DNA from: Nitratidesulfovibrio vulgaris str. Hildenborough
Lineage (GTDB): Bacteria > Desulfobacterota > Desulfovibrionia > Desulfovibrionales > Desulfovibrionaceae
Reading direction: 5' to 3'
NCBI RefSeq assembly: GCF_000195755.1
Contig: NC_002937.3
Coordinates: 3,000,001 to 3,032,000 of the forward strand
DNA: 32,000 nucleotides
The notes under the pieces are model-generated. The model ran no database searches, was not told the DNA's origin, and worked only from the letters and a program-made list of their open reading frames with translations. The position numbers were made by a program, and so were the translations under genes. Shown piece after piece: positions 9,163-17,206 of the stretch. Within the stretch, counting starts at the first letter, position 1. Every line of letters starts with the position of its first letter.

Positions 9163-9176
9163 AGGGCCCGGTCATC

Positions 9177-9671
9177 TCAAAGGGCATGGACGACATGCGT
9201 CACCACCCCCCACACCTCGACATCCTCGCGACCGGTGATGTCCAGAGGCGGATACGCCGCATTCTCGGGGGCCAGCAGCAGCCTGCCCCCCTCGCGCACC
9301 AGTCGCTTCACGGTAAGTTCACCGTCGACTGCCGCGATCACCACCCTTCCGGGACGGGGGTCGAGGGCCCTGTCCACCACCAGCAGGTCGCCGTCATGGA
9401 CACCCGCGCCCAGCATGGATTCGCCCGATGCCCTGACATAGAAGGTGGCCGCAGGATGCTTCACGATATGGTCGTTGAGGTCGAGGCTGCGGTCGATATA
9501 GTCGTCGGCGGGAGACGGGAAACCCGCAGCCACCCGCGAAAGCATGAGAGGACGCGACAGGCGCGGCGGGTCTTTCACAGGCACGGCGCAGGGCACCACG
9601 CGGTCTGTGGCCGCATGACCCTGTCCACGGTTGGAAGTCGGTGAGTCGTCGGGGACTGTATGGCGCTTCAT
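9177..9671 (-). CDS. umuD: UmuD, LexA-like S24 self-cleaving peptidase
   Basis: The protein has an Ala-Gly cleavage site in VAAGFPSPADDY, the Ser nucleophile in ASGESM and the Lys in LTVKRL. I chose the ATG at 9671 (MKRHTV...). Alternative starts at GTG 9785 or ATG 9782 remain possible. Confidence 0.8.
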   Translation of the reverse strand: MKRHTVPDDSPTSNRGQGHAATDRVVPCAVPVKDPPRLSRPLMLSRVAAGFPSPADDYIDRSLDLNDHIVKHPAATFYVRASGESMLGAGVHDGDLLVVDRALDPRPGRVVIAAVDGELTVKRLVREGGRLLLAPENAAYPPLDITGREDVEVWGVVTHVVHAL

Positions 9672-9798
9672 CGTCCCATTCTGCGCCTCACGCCCCCCCA
9701 CTGCAACCTGCCCTCGCAGGACCGGTACGTCTTCCACATGGATACAATCGGAAAGTGTCCGGTAGGCACCCGGGACGAACATCACGAAACGTACCCGT

Positions 9799-9814
9799 TA
9801 TCTTTAGGAAGATA
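9799..9814. promoter_or_regulatory. Perfect AT-rich palindrome TATCTT-TAGG-AAGATA in the umuD / ecfT-like divergent region (candidate operator)
   Basis: Read directly from the sequence. It is an isolated AT-rich dyad in GC-rich DNA, about 130 nt upstream of the preferred umuD start and about 150 nt upstream of the divergent gene. Confidence 0.3.
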
Positions 9815-9965
9815 CGTCACACATCACAGCAGCATGCCCCGCGTCCGGGCCACCGGACACGCCACGAAGCCCCGTGCACATCACCGTGACCAGCGAACGG
9901 GGCTTACGCCGTCATCCCGCATCCGGCCCTTGCCCACGACACAGGGTTGAGGCATAGCAGACGCC

Positions 9966-10718
9966 ATGCACGCTTCCCGCCCCAGCCCCCTCTCCGACCG
10001 TACGGCCCCTGCGGCCTATGCACCGCCATGCACCGACCCCCGGCCCTTGCTGCTGGTGGCCCTCTGTTACGGCATCCTCGTCTGGCAGGTGGGACCTATG
10101 GGGCTTGCAGTCATCGGTATGGGGGTGATGGGGGCACTGGCCCACCCCTTCATACGGCGACGGCGCACACCCGGCATGGTACGTGGGCTTATGCGTTTCT
10201 GCGCCTTCTGGGGGCTGCTCAAGTTCGCGCTGGACATGCTCGTCGCAACGCCGGACGTGGCAGACGCCCTTGCCGGGGCCGCACTCCTTTCAGGAAGACT
10301 CGCCGTGCTGGGCGGCATCGGCATGGTGCTCACCCTTGCCGTATCGCCCCGCGCGCTGGCACTGGCGCTGGCATGGGCCCTGCGCCCCCTCATGGGTGAC
10401 GCAGCATGGCGGCCCGCACTGGCACTGGCGCTGATGCTGCATTTCCTGCCCCTGACACAACGCACCGTGACACAAGTGACGCAATGCGCAGCCCGCAGAC
10501 AGCCGCACGGCGGGTTGCGCCGACGACTGACGCTGGTGCCCGCCGCAATCTTGCGCATTCTCGGCCAACGCACATGGCAGCAGACCGTGGCCTTGGCAGT
10601 GCGAGGGCTGGACACCCCTGAGGCATGGCGACCATGCTTCGCGCCCGCATGCAGGGCATGGCTGTGGGCCGTTCTCCTCACCGTCGCAGGATGGGGACTG
10701 ACGCTACTGCCCGCCTGA
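9966..10718 (+). CDS. Polytopic membrane protein, CbiQ/EcfT-like (ECF transporter T-component family), no partner genes nearby
   Basis: 250 aa with several hydrophobic segments. The segment ...QQTVALAVRGLDTPEAW resembles the conserved A..aRG motif of CbiQ/EcfT. The assignment rests on family recollection only. Confidence 0.45.
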   Translation: MHASRPSPLSDRTAPAAYAPPCTDPRPLLLVALCYGILVWQVGPMGLAVIGMGVMGALAHPFIRRRRTPGMVRGLMRFCAFWGLLKFALDMLVATPDVADALAGAALLSGRLAVLGGIGMVLTLAVSPRALALALAWALRPLMGDAAWRPALALALMLHFLPLTQRTVTQVTQCAARRQPHGGLRRRLTLVPAAILRILGQRTWQQTVALAVRGLDTPEAWRPCFAPACRAWLWAVLLTVAGWGLTLLPA

Positions 10719-10756
10719 CGCCTCGCACACCCTGAGAAGTTACCCGCCTCCATGGC

Positions 10757-10785
10757 TTGCAGCCCGCTCTGGCTGCGGCTATACA
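10757..10785 (+). promoter_or_regulatory. Putative sigma-70 promoter of marR-mntP, with a GCAGCC-N6-GGCTGC dyad overlapping the -35 hexamer and spacer
   Basis: TTGCAG (10757-10762), a 17-nt spacer, then TATACA (10780-10785). The inverted repeat GCAGCC/GGCTGC spans 10760-10777. Confidence 0.4.
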
Positions 10786-10821
10786 GCCCCCACATTTGCA
10801 GACACACGTAACGGAACATCC

Positions 10822-11235
10822 ATGATTACCGATCGACTCTCACAGGCCATCGTGGCCCTTCACGAACGCCTTCTCTCATGGGAACACGACGTGGCGCGCG
10901 AGAAGGGGCTTACCGTGCCCCAGACCCACACCCTGGGGTGTCTTGCCATGCACGGCCCCCTGCCCATGAAGCAGTTGGCGTCATATATGGGTACGACCAC
11001 GGGTACGGTCACTGTGCTCATCGACCGACTCGAAGCCAAGGGCTTCGTCGAACGCCACCCCAACGAGCGTGACAAGCGTTCCACACTGGTCAGCCTCACC
11101 GCCCTCGGTCAGGACCTGTATGAAGGGCACGCCCGCCGGCACCGGGAGATGACAGCCAGACTCATGGCCCCCCTCGCCCCCGACCAGCGTGCGGCCCTGC
11201 TCGACTACCTCGAAACCATAACCCGGCCCGTGTAG
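10822..11235 (+). CDS. MarR family transcriptional regulator
   Basis: 137 aa. The winged-HTH region reads LTVPQTHTLGCLAMHGPLPMKQLASYMGTTTGTVTVLIDRLEAKGFVERHPNERDKRSTLVSLT, the classic MarR pattern including DRL..KG.V.R....D.R. Confidence 0.85.
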   Translation: MITDRLSQAIVALHERLLSWEHDVAREKGLTVPQTHTLGCLAMHGPLPMKQLASYMGTTTGTVTVLIDRLEAKGFVERHPNERDKRSTLVSLTALGQDLYEGHARRHREMTARLMAPLAPDQRAALLDYLETITRPV

Positions 11236-11247
11236 GCAAGGTTCGCC

Positions 11248-11853
11248 GTGAACACCCTCGAATGTCTCGCCGTCGCCGTGGCCCTCGCCATGGACGCCTT
11301 CGCAGTGGCCATCGCCACCGGCATCAGGCTACGCGAGGTCTCGCCCCGCCAGACCTTCCGGCTGGCCTTCCATTTCGGCCTCTTTCAGGCACTGATGCCC
11401 GTGGCAGGCTGGACTCTGGGCCTGACCGTGCGCGGCTACATCGAACAATGGGACCACTGGCTGGCCTTCGGCCTGCTGCTGTACATCGGGGTGCGCATGA
11501 TGCGCGAGGCGTTCGAGGAAACGGAAGAGAACGACGACCGCTGCGACCCCACCCGGGGCCTCACGCTGATCATGCTGGCGGTGGCGACGAGCATCGACGC
11601 CCTTGCCGTGGGGCTTTCACTTTCGGTACTGGGCATCGACATCGTCACGCCCGCCATCGTCATCGGCGTCGTCTGCCTTCTCTTCACGGCCACCGGGCTT
11701 CATCTGGGCAGGATGCTGTCACGGGCCGAAAGCCTCGGCAGACGCGCGGCCCTTGCGGGCGGCGTGGTCCTCATCGGCATAGGGCTTCGCATCCTGTACG
11801 AACACGGTGTGTTCGACACGGCGGCGACCCTAGCGCGCAGCGTCCTTGGCTGA
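11248..11853 (+). CDS. mntP: Manganese efflux pump MntP (DUF204/YebN family)
   Basis: GTG start lies 12 nt after the marR stop. The protein has the duplicated DUF204 motifs LAMDAFAVAIA and TSIDALAVGLS, about 6 TM segments, and is 201 aa. Confidence 0.85.
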   Translation: MNTLECLAVAVALAMDAFAVAIATGIRLREVSPRQTFRLAFHFGLFQALMPVAGWTLGLTVRGYIEQWDHWLAFGLLLYIGVRMMREAFEETEENDDRCDPTRGLTLIMLAVATSIDALAVGLSLSVLGIDIVTPAIVIGVVCLLFTATGLHLGRMLSRAESLGRRAALAGGVVLIGIGLRILYEHGVFDTAATLARSVLG

Positions 11854-12053
11854 TGCCCTGTAGCGCGGACAGACGGCGAGGACGGGGCTGGATGTTCTGA
11901 CGCGAGGCAGCCACCTTCGTCATGGCAAGGCGCATGATGCACCGCATGCGCGGTTGACCCCGGCGCGCTGCCGGGACTGCCGGCCCTTGCGACCACACAG
12001 CGGGTATCGCCGCATGACCTCGGGCGACGCCAGCAGCGCAACGACGCGAGAGG

Positions 12054-12815
12054 TCACGCCTCGCGGCGCAGACAGACGAGATACTCCTGATTGCCCTTGG
12101 GGCCCTTGATGGCCGAAGGCACGGTGCCTTCATGCACCAGCCCCAGCGTCTCGCGGCAGTAGGTCAGCACCTTGTCCACGGCCGCCTGCTGCAACCCCTC
12201 GTCGCGCACGACACCCCTGTCCGTCTGGTGCGCCCCCACCTCGAACTGCGGCTTGACCAGCGCCACCACGCGCCCGCCGGGCTTCAGCCACTGCATGCAC
12301 GGTTCCAGCACCAGCGTCAGCGAGATGAACGACACGTCCGCCACCACGATGTCCACCTGTTCGGGGATGAGGTCCGCCGGTGCTGTGCGCAGGTTGGTAC
12401 GTTCGAGGTTCACCACGCGGGGGTCGGCCTGCATCCTCTCATGCAACTGCCCATGCCCCACATCGACGGCATACACCCGCACCGCGCCGTGCTGCAGCAG
12501 GCAGTCGGTGAACCCGCCCGTGGAGGCACCGGCATCCAGCGCCACGAAACCCGTCACATCAAACTTGAAATAGTCGATGGCCGTCAGCAGCTTGTAGGCA
12601 CCGCGCGAGACGAAACGCTCGCGGCCGCGCACTTCGAAGCGGGCGTCGAGGTCGAACTTGTGACCGGGCTTGTCCACAGGTTCGGCGACCGGGGCGGCGA
12701 GGGGCCCCCGCAGCACGAAGACCTGCCCCGCCATGATCATGCGCTTGGCCTGTTCACGACTTTCGGCAAGTCCCGCCTCGTGTACAAGCTGGTCTGCACG
12801 TTCCTTTCGCGGCAT
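12054..12815 (-). CDS. tlyA: TlyA family rRNA (cytidine-2'-O)-methyltransferase (hemolysin A-like)
   Basis: ATG at 12815 is preceded by AAGGAGAG. The protein starts [30 protein letters not shown] (S4-like domain), followed by an FtsJ-type SAM fold with [16 protein letters not shown]. Confidence 0.85.
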   Translation of the reverse strand: MPRKERADQLVHEAGLAESREQAKRMIMAGQVFVLRGPLAAPVAEPVDKPGHKFDLDARFEVRGRERFVSRGAYKLLTAIDYFKFDVTGFVALDAGASTGGFTDCLLQHGAVRVYAVDVGHGQLHERMQADPRVVNLERTNLRTAPADLIPEQVDIVVADVSFISLTLVLEPCMQWLKPGGRVVALVKPQFEVGAHQTDRGVVRDEGLQQAAVDKVLTYCRETLGLVHEGTVPSAIKGPKGNQEYLVCLRREA

Positions 12816-12953
12816 AGGCTCTCCTTGACATGCGCCCCATGGGGGCATAGGTGGTGGCTGCACACGACGCGGGTAGCGCTGGGCATTCCCCGCAGCCGGC
12901 ACGGGCGCGTTCTACATGAGCAGGGCGTCTCGGGCAACGGCTGTGAACGGGGC

Positions 12954-12982
12954 TTGCCAAAAAGGGGTTATGCGCGTATTAA
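12954..12982 (+). promoter_or_regulatory. Putative sigma-70 promoter of rpmE
   Basis: TTGCCA (12954-12959), a 17-nt spacer, then TATTAA (12977-12982). It lies about 35 nt upstream of the rpmE ATG. Confidence 0.5.
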
Positions 12983-13016
12983 CGAACGTTCCGCATCTTC
13001 CCCAGAGAGGTATCCC

Positions 13017-13232
13017 ATGAAGGACAATATCCATCCTACCGTCTACAAGGCCACCATGAACTGCGCCTGTGGCTATCAGGCCGAAGTGCTTTCCACCAAG
13101 GGCGAGAACGTCCACGTGGAAATCTGCTCCAACTGCCACCCCTTCTACACCGGCAAGCAGCGCCTCATCGACACCGCTGGCCGCATCGACCGCTTCCGCA
13201 AGAAGTACGCCAAGTTTGGCGAAGAGAAATAG
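13017..13232 (+). CDS. rpmE: 50S ribosomal protein L31 (Cys-containing form)
   Basis: [64 protein letters not shown], with RBS AGAGAGG upstream. Confidence 0.95.
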   Translation: MKDNIHPTVYKATMNCACGYQAEVLSTKGENVHVEICSNCHPFYTGKQRLIDTAGRIDRFRKKYAKFGEEK

Positions 13233-13278
13233 GCCGTTTTCGTCCGTACGCGGCGCACGCGTCGCACGGTGCGTCTTT

Positions 13279-13308
13279 CTCCCCGGAGGGTTTTCACTCT
13301 CCGGGGAG
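13279..13308 (+). terminator. Hairpin downstream of rpmE (possible partial terminator or processing site)
   Basis: CTCCCCGGAG - 10-nt loop - CTCCGGGGAG forms a 10-bp perfect stem, followed by a moderately T-rich tail (catcatttgtcctttc). Confidence 0.35.
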
Positions 13309-13346
13309 ACGTCATCATTTGTCCTTTCCCACATCGGGGGTTCGGC

Positions 13347-14354
13347 GTGATTGACCACCGGCCCACCTCCTGGTCTCGCCTCTGCACGGCGCTGACCTCG
13401 GGCGCTTCCTGCACCATCGGCGGACAGGCCGTCATGGAAGGCGTCATGATGCGTAACGGCGACAGGCTCGCCATCGCCATGCGTCGTCCCGACGGAGAAA
13501 TCGTGGCCGAGAGCCGTCCGTGGTTCTCACTGACGCGCAGCGCATGGCTGAAACGCCCGTTCGTGCGCGGCTTCCCCATTCTTGTCGAGACGCTGGTCAA
13601 CGGCATCAAGGCCCTCAACCGTTCGGCCGAACAGGCCGTCGAGGGCGAGACGGGTGAAGAGCTCAAACCATGGCAACTCGCAGCCACACTGGCTGTCTCC
13701 GTGGCCATGGCCCTCGGGCTCTTTGTCGTCGTGCCGCACCTGTTCTCCATCGGCATGAAGCTGCTGGGACTGGGCGGCGACGTCGAAGGACTCTCGTTCC
13801 ACATGTGGGACGGCTTCTTCAAGTTCGCCGTGTTCATCGGTTACATCGTGGCCATCTCGTTCGTGCCGGACATCCGCCGTGTCTTCCAGTACCACGGGGC
13901 CGAGCACAAGGTCATCCGCGCCTTCGAAGCCGCGGGCGACGTGACCCCCGACACGGCCATGCACCACAGCCGCCTGCACCCGCGCTGCGGCACGACATTC
14001 CTGCTCTTCGTGCTCTCGATTTCCATCATCCTGCACGCAGTGCTGGTGCCGCTGCTCATGCTCGTATGGACGCCTTCCGGGGCCTTTGCCAAGCACGGTG
14101 TCACCGTGCTGTTCAAGCTGCTGCTCATGATTCCCATCAGCGCCCTCGCCTACGAGACCATCCGCTATGCGGCCCGTCTCGGCGAAGGACTGACCGGAAC
14201 CCTGCTGCGCGCCCCCGGCATGCTCCTTCAGAAGCTCACCACCGGAGAACCCGACCGCGAGCAGCTTGAAGTGGCCATCGTCGCCCTGCGCGAAGCGCTC
14301 GGAGACGACGCCCCGCAGTCGGTTCGTGCACCGGCCTACCGCCATCTGGAGTAA
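13347..14354 (+). CDS. DUF1385 family membrane protein (conserved neighbour of rpmE/prfA/prmC)
   Basis: The protein carries IGGQAVMEGVMMR, FQYHGAEHKVI and LHPRCGTTFLL signatures plus TM segments. GTG at 13347 follows GGGGG. An alternative GTG at 13269 is possible. The stop lies 6 nt before prfA. Confidence 0.8.
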   Translation: MIDHRPTSWSRLCTALTSGASCTIGGQAVMEGVMMRNGDRLAIAMRRPDGEIVAESRPWFSLTRSAWLKRPFVRGFPILVETLVNGIKALNRSAEQAVEGETGEELKPWQLAATLAVSVAMALGLFVVVPHLFSIGMKLLGLGGDVEGLSFHMWDGFFKFAVFIGYIVAISFVPDIRRVFQYHGAEHKVIRAFEAAGDVTPDTAMHHSRLHPRCGTTFLLFVLSISIILHAVLVPLLMLVWTPSGAFAKHGVTVLFKLLLMIPISALAYETIRYAARLGEGLTGTLLRAPGMLLQKLTTGEPDREQLEVAIVALREALGDDAPQSVRAPAYRHLE

Positions 14355-14360
14355 CAGACC

Positions 14361-15434
14361 ATGTTCGCCAAGCTCGAAAATCTCGAGCTCAAGTTCGAGG
14401 ACCTCGAACAGCAGCTCAGTTCCGCCGAGGTCTTCAACGACCAGGACCGCTATCGCAAGCTCACCAAGGCGCACGCCGACCTCAAGCAGGTCGTCGACGC
14501 GTTCCGTCGTTACAAGGAGATGAAGCAGAACCTTGCCGACAACAAGGAGCTCCTCGGCGACAGCGACCACGAAATCCGCGCCATGGCCCATGAGGAGATC
14601 AAGGCCATCGAAGCCGCCCTGCCCGACATCGAGCAGGAATTGAAGATCCTGCTGCTGCCGCGCGACCCCATGGACGACAAGAACATCCTCCTCGAAATCC
14701 GTGCCGGCACGGGTGGAGAAGAGGCTTCGCTGTTCGCCGCCGACCTGTTCCGCATGTACACCCGCTATGCCGAAATCATGGGCTGGAAGGTCGAAGTGCT
14801 GAGCGCCAGCGATTCGGACACGGGCGGCTACAAGGAAATCATCGCCCTCATCGCCGGTGACAAGGTCTACAGCCGCCTCAAGTACGAGTCGGGTACGCAC
14901 CGGGTGCAGCGCGTGCCCGCCACCGAGGCGCAGGGGCGCATCCACACCTCCGCAGCCACCGTTGCGGTCATGCCCGAAGCGGAGGAAGTGGACGTGGACA
15001 TCCGCCCCGACGACCTCCGCATCGACGTCTACCGTGCCTCCGGCGCAGGCGGGCAGCACGTCAACAAGACCGAGTCGGCCGTGCGCATCACGCACCTCCC
15101 CACCGGTATCGTCGTCGCCTGCCAGGACGAGAAATCGCAGCACAAGAACAAGGCCAAGGCCATGAAGGTGCTCATCTCGCGCGTCCTGCAGGCCGAACAG
15201 GAGCGCGCCCACAGCGTCATCGCCGACGCCCGCCGCGCCCTTGTGGGGTCGGGCGACCGTTCTGAACGCATCCGCACCTACAACTATCCGCAGTCGCGCA
15301 TCACCGACCATCGCATCAACCTCACCCTGTACTCGCTGGACAAGGTGATGGAAGGCGAACTGGCACCGCTGGTTGACGCCCTTGTCACCCACGCGCAGAC
15401 CGAAGCCCTCAAGGCACAGGCCGACGCCAGCTAG
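14361..15434 (+). CDS. prfA: Peptide chain release factor 1
   Basis: 357 aa with a PATEAQGR-type recognition loop ([13 protein letters not shown]) and the GGQ motif [23 protein letters not shown]. Confidence 0.95.
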   Translation: MFAKLENLELKFEDLEQQLSSAEVFNDQDRYRKLTKAHADLKQVVDAFRRYKEMKQNLADNKELLGDSDHEIRAMAHEEIKAIEAALPDIEQELKILLLPRDPMDDKNILLEIRAGTGGEEASLFAADLFRMYTRYAEIMGWKVEVLSASDSDTGGYKEIIALIAGDKVYSRLKYESGTHRVQRVPATEAQGRIHTSAATVAVMPEAEEVDVDIRPDDLRIDVYRASGAGGQHVNKTESAVRITHLPTGIVVACQDEKSQHKNKAKAMKVLISRVLQAEQERAHSVIADARRALVGSGDRSERIRTYNYPQSRITDHRINLTLYSLDKVMEGELAPLVDALVTHAQTEALKAQADAS

Positions 15435-15471
15435 CTGCCTGAGACGCGACACTCGCACCATCCGGAATGAC

Positions 15472-15501
15472 GGGGGAGGCCCAAACGGGACTCCCCTTTT
15501 T
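15472..15501 (+). terminator. Rho-independent terminator of prfA
   Basis: GGGGGAG..GCCC-AAAC-GGG..CTCCCC stem followed by TTTTT, 38 nt after the prfA stop. Confidence 0.7.
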
Positions 15502-15942
15502 CGATGCCCCTGCCACAGGTGCGCAGCCGCTTCGAACGCCGAGTGGCAACGCCCGCAGTGTCGGCCTGCCGGTTTGAAGCAGCACCAACCACAAGCGGTT
15601 ACCGTTTTGCCCGAGATGTCCGGCCGCAGGCGACACTTCGCCCGTTGCCCCGGTTGTGCCAGTTGTCCCTGACGCGGCCGTAGTACATGTACTCTGTGGC
15701 TCCCCGGCAACGGCACATCGGCCCCGAGTTCCAGCCCCGCGACTGTGCGGGGTGCCCGCATCGGCTGCAACGCCCGCAGAGGCGCCAGAGGCCGGGCCAT
15801 GACCGCCTACCCGGCAGACGCCGATGCAGCCGTGCCCCCGTTGGGGCACATGAGCCCGCCTGTGCCCCTGTGCAGCCGTCGCAGGCATGCTGCGCGCCGC
15901 AGCACCTAACCCAAGGCATCCCCCCCACAAGGCCGCGCCGCG

Positions 15943-15999
15943 GATGATGCCGATGCCACGCGCCCCGCTCGCACAGCGGTCTTCGGCATGGGCATCATC
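15943..15999. repeat. 57-nt imperfect inverted repeat (15-nt arms, nested inner hairpin) in the prfA-prmC spacer
   Basis: GATGATGCCGATGCC (15943-15957) pairs with GGCATGGGCATCATC (15985-15999) with one mismatch. The inner stem is CCGCT/AGCGG (15965-15978). Confidence 0.6.
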
Positions 16000-16067
16000 G
16001 AGATGCGGTCAGCAAGGACTCCAGCCCCTGCTGCAACGGCCCTCTCCCTTTATCGTAGCCGCCCCCC

Positions 16068-16096
16068 TTGCAGCCCAGTGTCTTACCAGCTACTTT
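16068..16096 (+). promoter_or_regulatory. Putative sigma-70 promoter of prmC
   Basis: TTGCAG (16068-16073), a 17-nt spacer, then TACTTT (16091-16096). It lies about 38 nt upstream of the prmC ATG. Confidence 0.35.
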
Positions 16097-16133
16097 CCGG
16101 GCCGCACTCCAAGCCCGCAACCGGAATCCCACC

Positions 16134-17021
16134 ATGAATCCTGCCTCCACGTCCCACGCCACCCTGCAAGGCCTACTACGGCATGCCCGCCAGCGACTTG
16201 AAGCGGCAGAGGTCGACGCGCCGCGTCTTTCAGCCGAAATCATCCTTTGCCACGCCCTTTCGCTGCGCCGCATCGACATCATGCTGACCCCCGACCGTAT
16301 CGTCGAAGAGGCAGATTGCATCCTTTTCTCCGAACTCGTGGCCCGCCGCGCCACCGGAGAACCTCTGGCCTACATCGTGGGAGAGAAAGAATTCTTCGGA
16401 CGCGATTTCGCCGTCAATCCGTCAACTCTCATTCCCAGACCGGAGACCGAACACCTCATCGAAACAGCCCTCGAATCCCTCCGGTCGGGCCCGGCCCGTT
16501 TCGTCGACGCGGGCACCGGCAGCGGTTGCATTGCCGTGACCCTCTGCGCCGAACGCGCCGACCTGTCCGGCCTTGCACTGGACATGAGCGCCCCGGCACT
16601 TGCCACTGCAAGCCACAATGCCCGCCGGCACGGTGTGGCACAGCGGCTTGCCTTCGTACGCGGCGACTTCACCACCTCCCTGTTGCGTAGCGGTAGCCTC
16701 GACCTCTATGCGAGCAATCCCCCCTACATCAGTGAAGCGGAATACACAGGCCTGTCCCGTGAAGTGCGCGACTTCGAACCACGGTCGGCACTTGTTCCGG
16801 GTGACACCGGACTCGAACACGCGGCCGCCATCATCGCCGAGGCCACAAGGGTTCTCAGGCCACACGGTATTCTGCTCATGGAATTCGGGTGCATGCAGGG
16901 TGCCGACATGGCGTCGCTCTTCACCCCCTATTCCACCCTGTGGGAGATGGTTGAAGTCAGACGCGACCTCGCCGGACTCGACCGTTTCATCTTCGCACGC
17001 CGCAACCTTCTCCAGCCGTGA
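16134..17021 (+). CDS. prmC: Release factor glutamine N5-methyltransferase PrmC (HemK)
   Basis: ATG at 16134. The protein has PLAYIVGEKEFFGRDF, LIPRPETE, the SAM motif VDAGTGSGCIA and the catalytic NPPY. Confidence 0.88.
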   Translation: MNPASTSHATLQGLLRHARQRLEAAEVDAPRLSAEIILCHALSLRRIDIMLTPDRIVEEADCILFSELVARRATGEPLAYIVGEKEFFGRDFAVNPSTLIPRPETEHLIETALESLRSGPARFVDAGTGSGCIAVTLCAERADLSGLALDMSAPALATASHNARRHGVAQRLAFVRGDFTTSLLRSGSLDLYASNPPYISEAEYTGLSREVRDFEPRSALVPGDTGLEHAAAIIAEATRVLRPHGILLMEFGCMQGADMASLFTPYSTLWEMVEVRRDLAGLDRFIFARRNLLQP

Positions 17022-17190
17022 TGGGCCTCTTAGACGGCAAGCCGCCTGCTGCACGGGGCAACCCAGCCTCTCCTCTCCGCGCTCGCCATGTGGTGTGCAG
17101 AACACACACTGTGCGTGGATGACACAACACACACCATCACCCTCACCATTTTATGTGTTTATTTACAGCATATTAAACACTCTAAAACTC

Positions 17191-17206
17191 TGGCACATCT
17201 TTTGCT
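17191..17206 (+). promoter_or_regulatory. Sigma-54 type -24/-12 promoter element upstream of lpxC
   Basis: TGGCAC-ATCTT-TTGCT matches the TGGCAC-N5-TTGCW core exactly. It sits in an AT-rich island and its 3' end is 22 nt from the lpxC ATG. Confidence 0.5.

Noticed and set aside
9776-9791. CGAACATCACGAAACG upstream of umuD, superficially like a Gram-positive LexA (Cheo) box CGAAC-N4-GTTCG.
   Set aside because: The second half-site is a direct repeat (GAAAC), not an inverted repeat, so it is not a dyad.
15569-15583. CCGG-TTTG-AAGCAGC, reminiscent of the SRP (4.5S) RNA domain IV motif CCGGAAGGAAGCAGCC.
   Set aside because: There is no GNRA tetraloop, no complementary 5' strand and no extended helix. 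The similarity is limited to a short GC-rich word.
15599-15928. Cys-rich 109-aa minus-strand ORF (and the overlapping 173-aa ORF) in the prfA-prmC spacer. This includes a CGWCC...CGRCH zinc-ribbon-like string in the third frame.
   Set aside because: The ORFs have Arg/Gly/Cys-rich composition and no SD or sensible start. One frame runs on, without a stop, antisense through prfA. They are best explained as GC-rich open frames over hairpin-dense non-coding DNA.
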